This document shows positions 37,490-54,809 of a stretch of 64,000 bases of DNA, in pieces. This stretch comes from the human T2T-CHM13v2.0 reference genome, Homo sapiens: the NCBI RefSeq assembly GCF_009914755.1, contig NC_060927.1; one strand, given 5' to 3'. Every line of letters starts with the position of its first letter. Within the stretch, counting starts at the first letter, position 1. The position numbers and the translations under genes are program-made. The notes beneath the pieces were generated by a model that worked only from the letters and a program-made list of their open reading frames with translations, was not told the origin of the DNA and searched no databases.

Positions 37490-38046
37490 ATATTAGGGTT
37501 CTTTCTCCAGAGGGATGGAATGAATAGGATGTATGTATATATAAAAGAGATTTTACTAGGGAGAATTGGCTTAAGGCAAAGTCCCGCCATAGGCCATCTG
37601 CAAGCTGGCAAAAGAGAAGCTGGTAGTGTGGCTCAGTCCAAGTCTGAAAGCCTCAAAACCAAGGAAACTAAAGTGCAGCCTCAGTCTGAGGCCAGAGGCC
37701 CTAGAACCTCCAGGAGGCTGCTGGTGCAAGTCCCAGAGTCCAAAGACTGAAGAACTTAGAATGTCTAAGGGCAGGAAGAGAGGAAGCAAAGCACCTGGCA
37801 TGGAAAGAGACAGGAGACCCAGCAAGCTTCTTATCCCCCTTCTTGCGGCTGCTTTCTTCTAGCTGTGCTGGCAGCTGATTAGATATGCCTACTGACATTG
37901 AGGGTGGGTCTTCCTCTCCCAGTCCACTGACTCAAATGTCATTCTCTTCTGTCATCACCCTCACAGACACTCACAGAAACAGTGCTTCCCCAGCCATCTA
38001 GGCATCTCTGAATCCAGTCAAGTTGACACCTAATATTAACCATCAT
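37490..38046. mobile_element. ERVL LTR (MLT2-like)
   Basis: tattagggttct...ccagaggga...cagtcaagttgacacctaatattaaccatca. Confidence 0.8.
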
Positions 38047-38635
38047 AGTGGCTGTTTTTAGAATAAAGAAGTGATTCTGGCTGGTTTCTCATTCAAACAC
38101 TACAAGAAGTTTGTAATTTTCACACTAGTAATACATAAGTAAGCACTCTCTAGCCATTAGAAATTTTCCTTCTGTTATTTCTTGAGAGGGCTATGTGCCA
38201 TACCCTCTCTCTGGCCACACACGTGCTTCATACCCCTACTGCTGTGCAGACCTCAGATGGCTGTATAAAAACCAGCCATGTTCTCTGAAGTCCCTCTCTG
38301 CTCCAGAAGGTAGGTTTGAGAGGGTTAAAAAGAGATGGCAGACTCCTTTCTGTGCAGCATAGTTACAGGACCTGACTAGTTCCCATTCCTCTCTCTGATT
38401 ATTTCAAATCCAGACGGCACAACTTGACTATATGGATTACAGACATACAAAAGCTGTGACCAATCTCTGAAACCAAGGCTAGTGGATTCCAAGTTTGGGA
38501 TTCACAAGAGGTAATTTTACACCTACAGATAAATTTCCCAGGCCCACCAAATCAGCATATCTACAGTGGGGCCTTGGAATAAAACAAAACTTTGCAATGG
38601 GGATCAGATAAAATTTTCCTTTAGGAACCTTGAGG

Positions 38636-39374
<739 letters not shown>

Positions 39375-41421
39375 CTACAAACACACAGAAATGCTGAATA
39401 AAATTTAAACGTCCTTTTAAAGTATTTTCAAGAAAGTGAAATAAATCCTTAGAGCCAAAAATGAAGATGAAATGGAAGTTAGAAAGGTAAGTGTGTGGAT
39501 GCTGTCTTTGGTTGCCAAGAGGCAGTTTGGTGATTTGGTATCCAATGGACTTGAATTTTATCAGCCATGCAGAAGAGGATTTGAGTCCTTGGGCTTGCAA
39601 GAGGGGGAAAGTTGGCACAGGTCTCCACAAGAAGCCCAGATGCTTACAGGGCTACACCCTCAGTGAAAGTATGCATTAGAAAAAAGTCAGCCAGCAGCAA
39701 TGGAAGACAGCAAGGAGGATTGTGGGATTTGTCCTGGGCTTAAAGTGGGTGAGGTAGATTAAAGCTGAGGATAGTTCCCAGAGAAGGCTGACATTTGAAG
39801 GCTTTTGGCCTGCCCCTCTAGTGAGGTGGTTGCGGGGAGAAAATCTGAAGAGGAATCCGGACAGTGTGGCACAATGCCCTCTGCACAGAACATGATGTAA
39901 TTAAGATAGAAGTCAAAATTAAAATACATTTGGAAATTAATGCATTTCTAAAGAATTCCTGGGTTAAGAAGAAAACTTAATTTAAAAAAGGGAAAATACT
40001 TAGATATGAAGAAAACTGAAGGACAGTCTTCTATTTCTGGTCATAGAAGAGTTACAGGAACCAGAATTATACCCCTGCTTGAAATAATCTCAAATAAAAT
40101 AGATGAAATAATAGCTTTTAAGACATTGGGCATCAACAACAAAATATGATGATCTCTGATAGATGGGAAACAAATGAGATGAGCCCTACAAATGTCCTAA
40201 CTTATTGTCTTGAGAGAGTTACCAGACAGCTACACAGGGATGGGAGACCCAGGTGTAGCTGTGTGATGAAGTTCCTGAGTTGAAGACACAACTGAGAATC
40301 TAAGGAGACCAAGGCAGATAGAGTTCACAAGACAGAATTCTGGAGGAGAGGGACCTGCACAGAGAATTCTGGGGATCTTTGAAGGGTCCCCTAGGATACT
40401 CCACAGAGTACTGATTGGCGTATGAGGAAAACTTATCTGAGGCCAAAGAAAGAACCATCCCAAAGGATTAGAGGGAATGGTGTCAGGCATAGAAATATGG
40501 CCAGGAATAGTGACTGTTCTCACAAGCTGGACTGAAAACACTGCATTGCTTTGTGCATTAGGTAGAGTACTCAGAAGGGACTGTCTCAGTCGGGAAGAAC
40601 AGTAAGCCACAGAATAAATGTGAAGAAAACTACTCTATAATTAAATTGCTCAAAACATTCAAAAATAAAATGACCAGAGGACAAAGACATTAGGTATGGA
40701 GAAGAAGACAGGGATCACAACAGATTTCTCACTGGACACAATGCAACCATGAAGAGAGTGGAGCGGCATGTTTAAAGTACTGAAAGAAAAAAATCTCAGC
40801 TACTCCAGCGGCTGAGGTGGGATGATCACTTGAATGCAGGAGCTCAAGGCTGCAGTGAGCCATGATCACACCACTGCACTCCAGCCTGGACAACAGAGTA
40901 AGCCAAACTAGAATTCCAGACCAGTGAAAATATAGTTCAAGAACAAAGGCAAAACATATTTGCAGACATTAAAAAGCTAAAATAATGGATCACTCACAGA
41001 CCTGTACTATAAGAAATGTTAAAGTAAGTCTTTTAGGCAAAAGAAAAATGACACCTGATAGAAATATGAATTTTTCCCAACCTTGGCCTTATTGACATTT
41101 TGGACCAGATAATTTTTGTGGCAGGGGCTATCCTAGCATTCTAGGATGTTTAGCAGCATCAATGGCTTTTACCCCGTCATGACAATTAAAAATATCTCTC
41201 AATATTGCCCCCAAATGAGAACCACTGCTATATGCCACTGCTGTACAGGAAGTAGTATAATACCACTTGAAGGCAGACGAATAAGCTAAAGACATACACT
41301 ATAAATCCTAAAGCAATCATTAAAAAACAAATAATTATAGCTGATCAAAAAAGTTATTGGCCAGGCACAGTGTCTCACGCCTGTAATCCCAGCACTTTGG
41401 GAGGCTGAGGCAGGCAAATCA

Positions 41422-41827
<406 letters not shown>

Positions 41828-42712
41828 CTAGACATGGGATGCATGCCTGTAGTCCTAGCTACTTGGGAGGCTGGCATGAAAGGATCACTGAGCCCAGGAG
41901 TTCAAGGCTATAGTGAGCTATAACCACACCACTGCACTCCAACCTGGGTGATAGAGCAAGTCTCCATCTCAAAAAAAATTATGGAATGTTGTTAAAACAT
42001 TAGCTGAGGGAAATTATAGCACTAAATATCTACATTAGAATATGGTATCATAGACTGTATGTACACACACACACACACGCACACACACACGCGTGCGCAC
42101 ACACACACACAAAAGAGTAGCCGGGTGTGGTGGTGCATGCCTACAGTCCCAGCTACTTGGGAGGCTGAGGTGGGAGAATTACTTTAGCCCAGGAGTTCAA
42201 ATGCAGCCTGGGCAAAATAGTGAAACCCTATCTCAGTGTTAAAAAAAAATAAAGGAAAAGAGTAAAGTTTAAGAAACTAGAATAAAAAAAGCAAAGTAAT
42301 GCCAATGTAAACAGAACAAAAGAAATAATAAAGATCAAAATGGGAACCTGTAAAATGGAAAACAAGAAGACAATAGAGAAAATCAAGCCAAAAGTGGTTT
42401 TTAGAAAATAAATAAATGCATAAGCTTCTAGTAGGACTGATCAGCAAAAAAAAGGAAAAGAGACACAAAGTATCGACATTGGGATTAAAAGAGGTGACAT
42501 CACTATGGATTCTACACCAATTAAAGGATAATGGGGGAATGTTATAAACAACTTTATGCCAATAACTTTGATAATTTAGATCAAATGGCCAGTTCCCTGA
42601 CAGACACAAACTACCAATACTCACTTTAGAAAAAAAATAGATAGCGCTGAATAGTGCTATAACTATAAAAAATAAAACACTTCCCCCACAGACATAGAAA
42701 TCTAGGCCCAAG

Positions 42713-44170
<1,458 letters not shown>

Positions 44171-46467
44171 TCTAGACCTAGGTGGCTTCACTGGTAAATT
44201 TTATCAGACGTTTAAGGAAGAAATAGTACTAACTTTATACAACAAGCTCCTGCAGAAAATTGAGTATGAGGAAATATTTTCCAACTCAGTCTGTGAGGCC
44301 AGCATTAACCAGATCCAATACAATAAAAGTGTTACAATAAAAGTACAGACCAATAGCCTTCACAGACTTAAATGCAAAAATCCTAATTCATTTAATTTTA
44401 GCAAATTAAAGCCAACAATATGAAATTTTAGTAAATCACTATCCAATAATTGGATAATACATCAAGACCAAAGGAATTTTTTCAAAAAATGCAATGTTGG
44501 CTTTGTATTTGAAAATTGATCAGTGTAATTCACCATATTAACAAGCTAAAAATGAAAAATCATGGTCACTATGATGGTATAGAATAAGCTTTTGACAAAA
44601 TCTAACATCCATCATTGATTTTGAAATTTTAAACCCCTCAGCAAATTAGGGGTAAACGAGATCCTAAATCTGATTTAAAAGTATCTACAAAAATTTTATA
44701 GTTGGTATCACACTTAATGTTGAAAGACTGAGCTTTCCTCCTGAGATCAGGAACAAGATAAAGTGCTTTCACCACTTTGTCTACTCAACAGTGTACTGCA
44801 GGTTCTAGCCAGGGCAGTTAAAATAAGTAAATAAATAAATAAATGGCATACAGGTTGGAAAGAACAAAGTAAAATTGTCCTTCTTTGTAGACGACACAAT
44901 TCGCTATGTATAAAATCCAATTAAATCTCTTTTAAAAGCTACTAGAACTAGTAAGTGAGTTGAGGAAGGTTGCAGGACACATAACTTTATAAAAATCAAT
45001 TTGATTTTTATATACTAACAATGAACAATTTGAAATCAAAATTTAAATAATATCATTTATAATAGCATTAAAATATGAAATACAGTAATTAATATGGCAA
45101 AAATGCAAAATATCTGTATATTAAGTACTGTAAAACTTTGGTGAGAGAAATTAAAGAAGACCTAACCAAATGGAAATCTACTTTGTTCACGGATCAGAGT
45201 ATGCAGTATGGTTAATATGTCAATTGTCCACAAACTGTAGACTCAAATCCATCTCAATCAAAATCCTAGTAGTTGTGTGTGTGTTTTGTAAAAATTAAAA
45301 AGTTGTCTCTAAATTCTATATGAAAATGCAAAGAGCTTAGAGTAGCCAAAACAAATCAGAAAAATATTTTAAAATTTGGAGGGCTAACCTGATCTTAAAA
45401 CGTATGTAGAACTACAGCAGTCAAGACAGTGTAGTTTTGGCATAGTGATAGAAAAATAGATAAATAGAAGAGAATAAAAAATTCAGAAATAGATCCACAC
45501 ATATATGAGCAACTGATTTTCGACAAATGTTCAAAGGCAATCAGTGGATAAATGGTATCTTTCCAACAAATCATATTGGAATAATTGGATATCCCTATGT
45601 AAAAATATTAACTTTGATCAATATCTCCCAATATATTAAAAATTAATAATGAATACTATACCTCAGTAGGAAACCTAAAACAATGAAAATTCTAGAATAA
45701 ATCTGGAGAAATTGTGTCATCTTGCATTAGACAAACATTTCTTACATATAATGCCAAAGGTATGATTCACAAAAGAACAATTTGATAAACGGATGTCATC
45801 AAAACTAAAAGATCTGTTTTTTGAAAAGTACTGTTAGGAAAATTACAAAACAAGCCACGATCTGGGAAAAATATGAATACAGCATATATCTGATAAAGGA
45901 TTTGTATCCAAAAGTGTCAAAATCCAACAATAAGGAAGCAAATAACCTAGTAGAATAATGTGCAAAGATCTGAATGGACACATCACTGACAAAGACATTC
46001 AGATGGCAAATAGGCACTGGAAAAGATGTTCAACATCACTGGTTTTTAGGGTAATGCAAATTACAACCACAGGGAGATACCACTACACCCCAATTAGAAT
46101 GATGAAAATTAATAAGATAGTTCACATCACATGTTGGCAAATATGTGGAGGAACTGGAACTTTCAAACACTGTAGGCAGAAATGTAAAGTAGTGTAACAA
46201 CTGTGGAAAACACGTTGGCTGTTGTTTAAAAAGTTAAATGTGGATTTGACAATGAATTATTGGCTATGACACCAAAAGCACAGGCAATAAAAGTAAATCC
46301 AGGTGCGGTGGCTCACACCTGTAATCCCAGCACTTTGGGAGGCCTAGGAGGTTGGATCACTTGAGGTCAGGAGTTTGAGACCACCTGGCCAATGTGGCAA
46401 AACCTCATCTCTACTAAAAACACAAAAATTAGCTGGGCATGGTGGCGTGTGCCTGTACTCACAGCTA

Positions 46468-46617
<150 letters not shown>

Positions 46618-47637
46618 TCAAAATTTAAAACTTCTGTGCACTAAAGGACATAATCAGACTGAAAAGACAACCTATGGAATGGGAGAAAAAATTTGCAATT
46701 AAACATTTGATGAGTAGTTGATATCCAGAATATATAAATAACTCCTACAATTCAATAACAAAAAACTTAAAAAATGAGGAAAAGACTTAAATAGACATTT
46801 CTCCAATGATACGCAAATGGCCAACAAGCATATAAAAAAATGCTCAATATCATTAATCATTAGAGAAGTAAAAATCGAAACCACAATGAGAGGTCATCTC
46901 ACACCATTATGATAGCAATTATCAAAACCAAAACAACAACAACAACAGAAAAGAAAATAATAAGCATTGATGAGAATGTGCAGAATTGGTACCTTTGTGC
47001 ACTGTTGGTGCGGATGTAAAATGGCACAGCTGCTACATAAAACAGAATAGCAATTTCTCAAAAAATTAAAAACAGGTTGGGTATGGAGGCTCATGCCTGT
47101 AATCTCAGCACTTTGGGAGGCCGAGGCAGTTGGATTGCTTGAGCCCAGGAGTTCAAGACCAGCCTGGGCAACATGGCAAGACCCTGTCTCTATAAAAAAT
47201 TAAAAAATTAACTGGGCATGGTAGTGCATACCTGTAGTCCCAGCTAGTCAGGAGGCTGAGGCAGATGTATTGATTGAGCCTGGGAGGTCGAGGCTGCAGT
47301 GAGCCGGGATCACACCACTACACTTCAGCCTGGGTGACAGAGTGGGACCCTGTCTCAATAAAAAATTAATTAATTAATTAATTAAAAATTAAAATAGAAT
47401 TACCATACAATCCAGCAACCCCACTTCTAGGTATGTATTCATAAGAATTGAAAACAGGATCTCTAAGAGATATTTGCACATTCATTTTTATAGTAGCATT
47501 ATTAACAATAGCAAGAGGTGGAAGAAATCCAAATGTCCATCAATAGATGCATGGATAAACAAAATGTCATATATACATGCAATGGAATATTATTGAGCCT
47601 TAAAAAAGAAGGCAATTCGGCCAGGCACGGTGGCTCA

Positions 47638-47922
<285 letters not shown>

Positions 47923-48693
47923 CTATCATACACTACAACATGGACGAATCTTAAGACATTATGCTAAGTGAAATAAACCAGTCACACGAAACAAAGACTA
48001 TGATTCCACTTCTAAGACGTATCTAAAGTAGTGAAACTCATAAAAACAGAAAGTAGAATGGTGATTGCCAGGGTCTTGGGGAATGGGGAAATAGTGAGTT
48101 GTTTAATGGGTATAGAGTTTCAGTTTCGCAAGATGAAAAAGTTCTGGAGATTGTATAGCATTGTGAATATACTTAATGCCACTTAACTGTAGGCTTAAAA
48201 ATAATTAATATGGTAAATTTTATGTTTTGCATTTTTTACCACAATTAAAATTTAAAGTCTTTTAAAAAAAACTATTCTTGCAAAGGAACCCCAAATTAAT
48301 TAGATCAGTCTGTGGAGCAATTTTAGCCTCAGGATATTGTAGAAAACAACAGAACAATCATCTGGCAATTGGTGGTGCTTAATAGCTGGGTTTGATAAGG
48401 GAAAGAGACAATGTGAATCTCGATAAATCCACTCTCTTTTTGGGGTGACAATGTGTATGCCCAAGGCTGAGCCCTCTAAGGAGCAATGTTAGAGGCTTCA
48501 CATTTGGTGGGGTTGGGGATAGACTTCACTAAATTAATCTAGTCAGTCACTAAATAAATAAACAAGCAAATGAAAATACAAAGCCTAGGAAAGAGGGGAG
48601 CAGTACCTAGAGTTGCTATAATGTTATCTAAAACATTCTATTTCCAATAAAAAAATGATGAGACATGCAAAGACACAGGAAAAAGTCTGACCC

Positions 48694-49215
48694 TGTATAG
48701 TTAAAATACTGAAGTTAGTATGCCTGCGACTGTTATCCTTAGAAAGGTCTGCTCTCAAGGTTGGTCAGCATCTGGGAACCTGGACATTGAGAGATTTTCC
48801 ACCATTCCCTGATAAGAATGGATCACTATACCTAAATTGTTTGTGCAAACAATATGGTTTATGCTGAATATCTACTTTTTTCTGGGAGTTTAGAATTTTA
48901 GTACATGCCAGGCAGAGTGTGCATGTGTGACCAGCCCACACTAAAAATTCTCAAATTGAATCTCTAGTCCGTTTCCTAGTACACAACATTTTACACTTGT
49001 AGCAATTTGTTCCTGGAGGAATTAAGCATGTCTTTTGTAATTCCACTGGGAAAAGAATCTTGGAACTTACACCTGGTACCTTCGGGAATTCACCCTATGA
49101 GCCTTTTCTCTGTGCTGATTTTACTTTGAATTCTTTTGATGTAGCAAATCATGGCTATGAGTATGAAGCTATGCTGAATCTTGTGAATCATTGAACCAAA
49201 AGGTGATCTCGGTAT
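48694..49215. mobile_element. ERV LTR (MER21-like)
   Basis: The wording ttatccttagaaaggtctgctctcaagg...gtgaccagcccacactaaaa... resembles MER21. Confidence 0.6.
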
Positions 49216-51911
49216 CATTAGCTAGACTAAACAAAGAAATGAGAGAAGACTAAAATAAAATAAAAAATGAAAAAGGAACCATTACAGCTTTACAGCTGTT
49301 ACCACGGAAGCACAAAGGATCAATGGAGGCTATTCCAAACAACTATATGCCAACAAATTAGAAACCCTTGAGGAAATGGATAAATTTCCAGATATATACA
49401 ACCTACCAAGATTGAACCAGGAAGAAGTAGAAAATATGAACAGACCAATCATAAGTAATGAGAGTGAATCAATAACAACAACAACAACAACAACAACAAA
49501 AAGCCCAGAACTGGATAACTTTACTGCTGCATTCTACCAAACTTTTGTTTTTTTTTAGAGTCAGGGTCCTGTTATGTTCCCCATGCTAGACTCAAACTCC
49601 TGGACACAAGCCATGCTCCTGCCTCAGCCTCCTGGATAGCTGGGGCTACAGACATGTGTCTTTGCACCTAGCATACCAAACTTAAAAAAAAAAAATTTTT
49701 TTAGAGAAAAGATCTTGCTCTCTTGCCCAGTTTGGAGTGAAATGGTGTGATCACTATAATCTCAAACTCCTGGGCTCAAGTGATCCTCTTGCCTCAGCCT
49801 CCCAAGTAGCCAGGATTACAGGCATGCACCACCATGCACGGCTAATTTTTTTTTATTGTTGTAGGGACATGGTCTCTCTATATTATACAGGCTGGTCTCA
49901 AACTCCTGCCCTGAAGCAATCCTCCCACCTCAGCCTCCCAAAGTGCTGGGATTACAGGCATGAGCCACCATGTCTGGCCTCCAAACTTTAAAAAAACTAA
50001 CGGCAACTGTTTTCAAACTATTCCAAAATACTGAAGATGAGAGAATTTTTCTAATTCTTTCTACAAGGCCAGCATTACCCAGATACCAGGGTAAAACTGG
50101 AAAAGGACACAATAATAAAAGAATACTACAGGCCAGTATCCCTGATGAACATAGGGGCAATAGTCTTCAACAAAATACTAGCAAATAAAATCTAACCAAA
50201 AGATAATATACCATGATCAAGTGGGATTTAACCCAGGGATGAAAGGATGTTTCAAAATACGCAAATCAATAAATGTGATACATCACATAAACAGAATGAA
50301 GAACAAAAAACATATGATCATCTCAACAGATGCAGATAAAGCATTTGATAAAATTCTATATCCTCTTATGATAAAAACCCTAAACAAACTAGGCATAGAA
50401 GGAACATACTTCAGTGCAATAAAGGCCAAATATGACAAACTCATAGCTAACATCAAACTGAATAGGGAAAAGCTGAGAGCTCTAAGAACTGGAACAAGAC
50501 AAGGATGTTCATGTTCACCTTTCTTATTCAACATAGTACTGGAAGTCCTAGCCAGAGTAATTGGGCAAGAGAAAGAAATAAAGGGCATTCAGGTTGGAAA
50601 AGAGGAAGTCAAATTGTCCTTTCAGAAAACATGTATTCAAAATTCTAAAGATTCCACTAAAATATTCTTTGAACTGATAAACAAATTTAGTAAAGTTGCA
50701 GGGTACAAAATCAACATAGAAAAAAACTGTAGCATTTCCATACACCAGTAATGAACTGGGTAACAAAGAAATCAAGAAATCAATCCTATTTACAATAGCC
50801 CCCCACCAAAAAAAAAAAAACTAGAAATAAAGGAAGTGAAATATCTGTACAATGAAAGCTACCAAACATTGATGAAATAAATTAAAGAGGACACAAACAA
50901 ATGAAACGACATCCCATGCTCATGATCAGAAGAATATGCCCATACTACCTAAAGCAATTTACAGGTTAAATGCAGTCCCTGTCAAAATATTGGTGACATT
51001 CTTCACAGAAATAGAAAACAATCCTAAAATTTGCATGGAACCACAGAAGACACCAAATAGCCAAACCAGTACTTATCAAGGAAAAACAGAGTTGGAGGCG
51101 TTACAGTACCTGACTTGAAAATATACTACAAAGCTATAGTATGACATAGACAAACGGAACAGCATAAAGGACCCAGAAATACATCTATGTATTTACAGCC
51201 AACTGATTTTCAACAAAGGAACCAGGAACACACATTGGAGAAAGGATGCCCTCTTCAATAAATGATGCTGGGAAAACTGGATATACATATGTAGAAAAAT
51301 GAAACTAGATCCCTATCTATCCCCATATACAAAAATACACTCAACGTGGATTAAAGCCTTAAATGTAAGACCTGAAACTATAAAACTACCAGAGAAAAAC
51401 ATAGGAGAAATGCTTTAGGACATTGGTCTAGGCAAAGATTTTATGGATAAGACTTCAAAAGCACCGACAACAAAATATAAAAAAATTGGACAGTGTTAAA
51501 CTAAAAAAACGTCTACATAGCAAAAGAAATAATCAATGGAGTGGAAAGACAATCTGTACAGTGGGAGAAAATATTTGCAAATTCCTAATCTGACAAGGGA
51601 CTAATATCCAGAATATACCAGGAGCTCAAACAACTCAACAACAAAAACCTAAATCCAATTAAAAGTGGGCAAAGGATCTAAATAGATATTTCTCAAAAGA
51701 CGACATGCAAATGGCCAATAAATACATGAAAAAATGGTCAACATCATGAATCATCAGGGAAATGCAAATCAATACCACAATGAGATATAATCTCACCCCA
51801 GTTAGAATGGCTATTATCAAAAAGACAAAAAATAAGAAATGCTGGAGAGCATTCCAAGGTAATTATTTGTTTCTTTTTTTTTTTTTTTTGAGATGGAGTC
51901 TCGCTCTGTGA

Positions 51912-52112
<201 letters not shown>

Positions 52113-52115
52113 TGA

Positions 52116-52355
<240 letters not shown>

Positions 52356-54809
52356 TAGTAGAGACAGGGTTTCACCAGGTGTTGGCCAGGCTGGTCTCAA
52401 ACTCCTGACCTCAGGTGATCCACCTGCCTTGGCCTCCCAAAGTGCTGGGATCACAGGTGTGAGCCACTGCACCCAGCTCAAAAGGAATTTTTATATGCTT
52501 TTGGTGGAAATGTAAATTAGTACAGCCATTATGGAAAACAGTGTGAAGGTTTCTCAAAAAATTAAAAATAGGGCTACTATATGATACAGTAATGCCTTTA
52601 CTGAATATTTAGCCAAAGGAAGGAAATCTAAATATCGAAGAGATACTTTTTCCCCATGCTTATTACAGAACTATAATATTCACAATTGCTAAGAGATAAA
52701 ATCAACCCAGTGTCCATCAACAGACAAATGGATAAAGAAAATGTGGCATATATGCACAATGAAATACTATGCAGTCATAAAAAGAATAAAATTCTATCAT
52801 TTGTGGCAACATAGATGAGCCTGGAGGACATTATGTTGAGCAAAATAAGCACAGAAAGATAAATAACTACATGTTCTCTCTTATATGTGGGAGGTAAAAA
52901 TAATTTAGAGCTCATGCAAGTAGAAAATAGAATTGTGGGTATTAGAGCCTATGGAGGGTAGTGGAGGGGAGAGATGGGGAAACATTGCTTAATAGACACA
53001 AAATTATTGCTAGATAGGAGGAAGGAGTTCTGGTGTTCTGCAGCACTGTAGGGTGAATATAATTAACTAGAAATTATTGTATATTTTTAAAAACATAGAG
53101 GAGAGGATTTTGCATGTTCACAACACAAAGAAATGATAAATGTTTCAGGTAATGGATATGCTAATTACCGTGATTTGGTCATTACACATTGTATATACAT
53201 ATCAAAATATCACCCTGTGTCCCATAAATATGTACAATTATTATGTGCCAACTAAAAAGAAAAAGAAAAAATTTGTTCTCGCCCTTTCCACTGAAAATAC
53301 CTAGAAACAAAGATCTACCAGGAGCAGTGAGCACCCTTCACACCAAAATTGCAGTCCTGAAACACCATTTCCCTCTAAAGGGAACTAGGGCCCTTTAAAA
53401 AAGTGGTTGATTCTATGATTGGGGCAGAAAATGCACAATCCTAGCATTTTGGGAAGCCAAGGTGGGAGGATCACTTGAGCTCAGGAGTTTGAGACCAGCA
53501 TGGGCAACATAGTGAGACCTCATCTCTACTAAAAATTTTAAAAAGTTAGCTGGGCATAGTGGTGCATGCCTATAGTCCCAGCTACTTGAGAGGCTGAGGC
53601 AGCAGGATCACTTGAGCCCAGGAATTCAAGGCTTCAGTGAGCCATGATCATGTCACCGCACTCCAGTCTGGGGGCAGAGTGAGGCCCTGTCAAAAAAAAA
53701 AAAAAGGAATGGGTTCATAATAATAAGATAAAGAGAACAAAAAAAGTAAAATGGCAGACGTAAATCCAACTATATCTTCTTCCAGATGAAATGTGGTCTA
53801 AAAAGAAACCCCGTATCAATAATAAAATGTGAATGGATTAATCAATCCAATGAAAAAGCAGATATTGTCAGACTGGATAAAAAAATAAGATCCAATTATA
53901 TGCTGTTTACAGGAGACACAGTTTAGTTTCAAAGATACAAAGAGATTAAAAGTAAAAGGATGGAAAAAGATGTATTTTGCAAATAGCAACCATAAGAAAG
54001 CTCGAGTGGTTATATACAAGACAAATTAGACTTTAAAACCAAAACAAGATACTATTTCAGATAAAAAAGGGCATTTTATAACAATACAGGTGTCAATTCA
54101 TCAGGAAGATATAACAATGACAAATGTATATTCAGCTACTGAAATACCCCCAAAATACATTAAACAAACACTGAAAGAGATGCAGCAGGGAAATAGACAA
54201 TTCAAACAATAATAGTTGGAGGCTTCAATAGCCCATTTTCAATAATAGTTTAACACCAGAAAGAAGATCAATAAGGAAATAGAGGACTTGAACCCTATTA
54301 ACCAACTAGGCCTAATATAGCCCTAGAACATGCCACTGAAGAATAGCAGAATATACCTTCCTCTCCAGCACACAAGGAACATTCTTCAGGACAAATCATA
54401 TACAAGGTAAAAAAACAAACCTTAATACATCAGAAGGATTTAAATAATACAAAGTATGTTCTCTGACCTAATGTAACTTAACTGCATCCTCCACTCCCTA
54501 GAATAGTTATAGGAATGAAAAGTATTCTGTCTCCAACAAGGTAAAATGGAAAATGTCTGACATACAGTTATTACTAGGCATGTAAACAAATAGGAAAATA
54601 CAACCTGTATTGATGAGAAAAATCAGTTATTCAAAACTGACCTAGAACTGACACAAAGAATCAACAAACAAGGATATTAATGATATTATGACTATATAAG
54701 CAAAAATCAAGGGGAAGGATTGAATTTGTTTAGCAGACACAAAAGATATTAAAAAAATTAAAATTCGATTTCTAGAGATAAAAATGTCTGACATAAAAAT
54801 GGAAAATTC

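Noticed and set aside
50221-50751. 176-aa reverse-transcriptase-like ORF
   Set aside because: A fragment of a dead L1 ORF2 whose catalytic (F/Y)ADD region is deleted, with broken flanks. Not an active element or a novel RT system.
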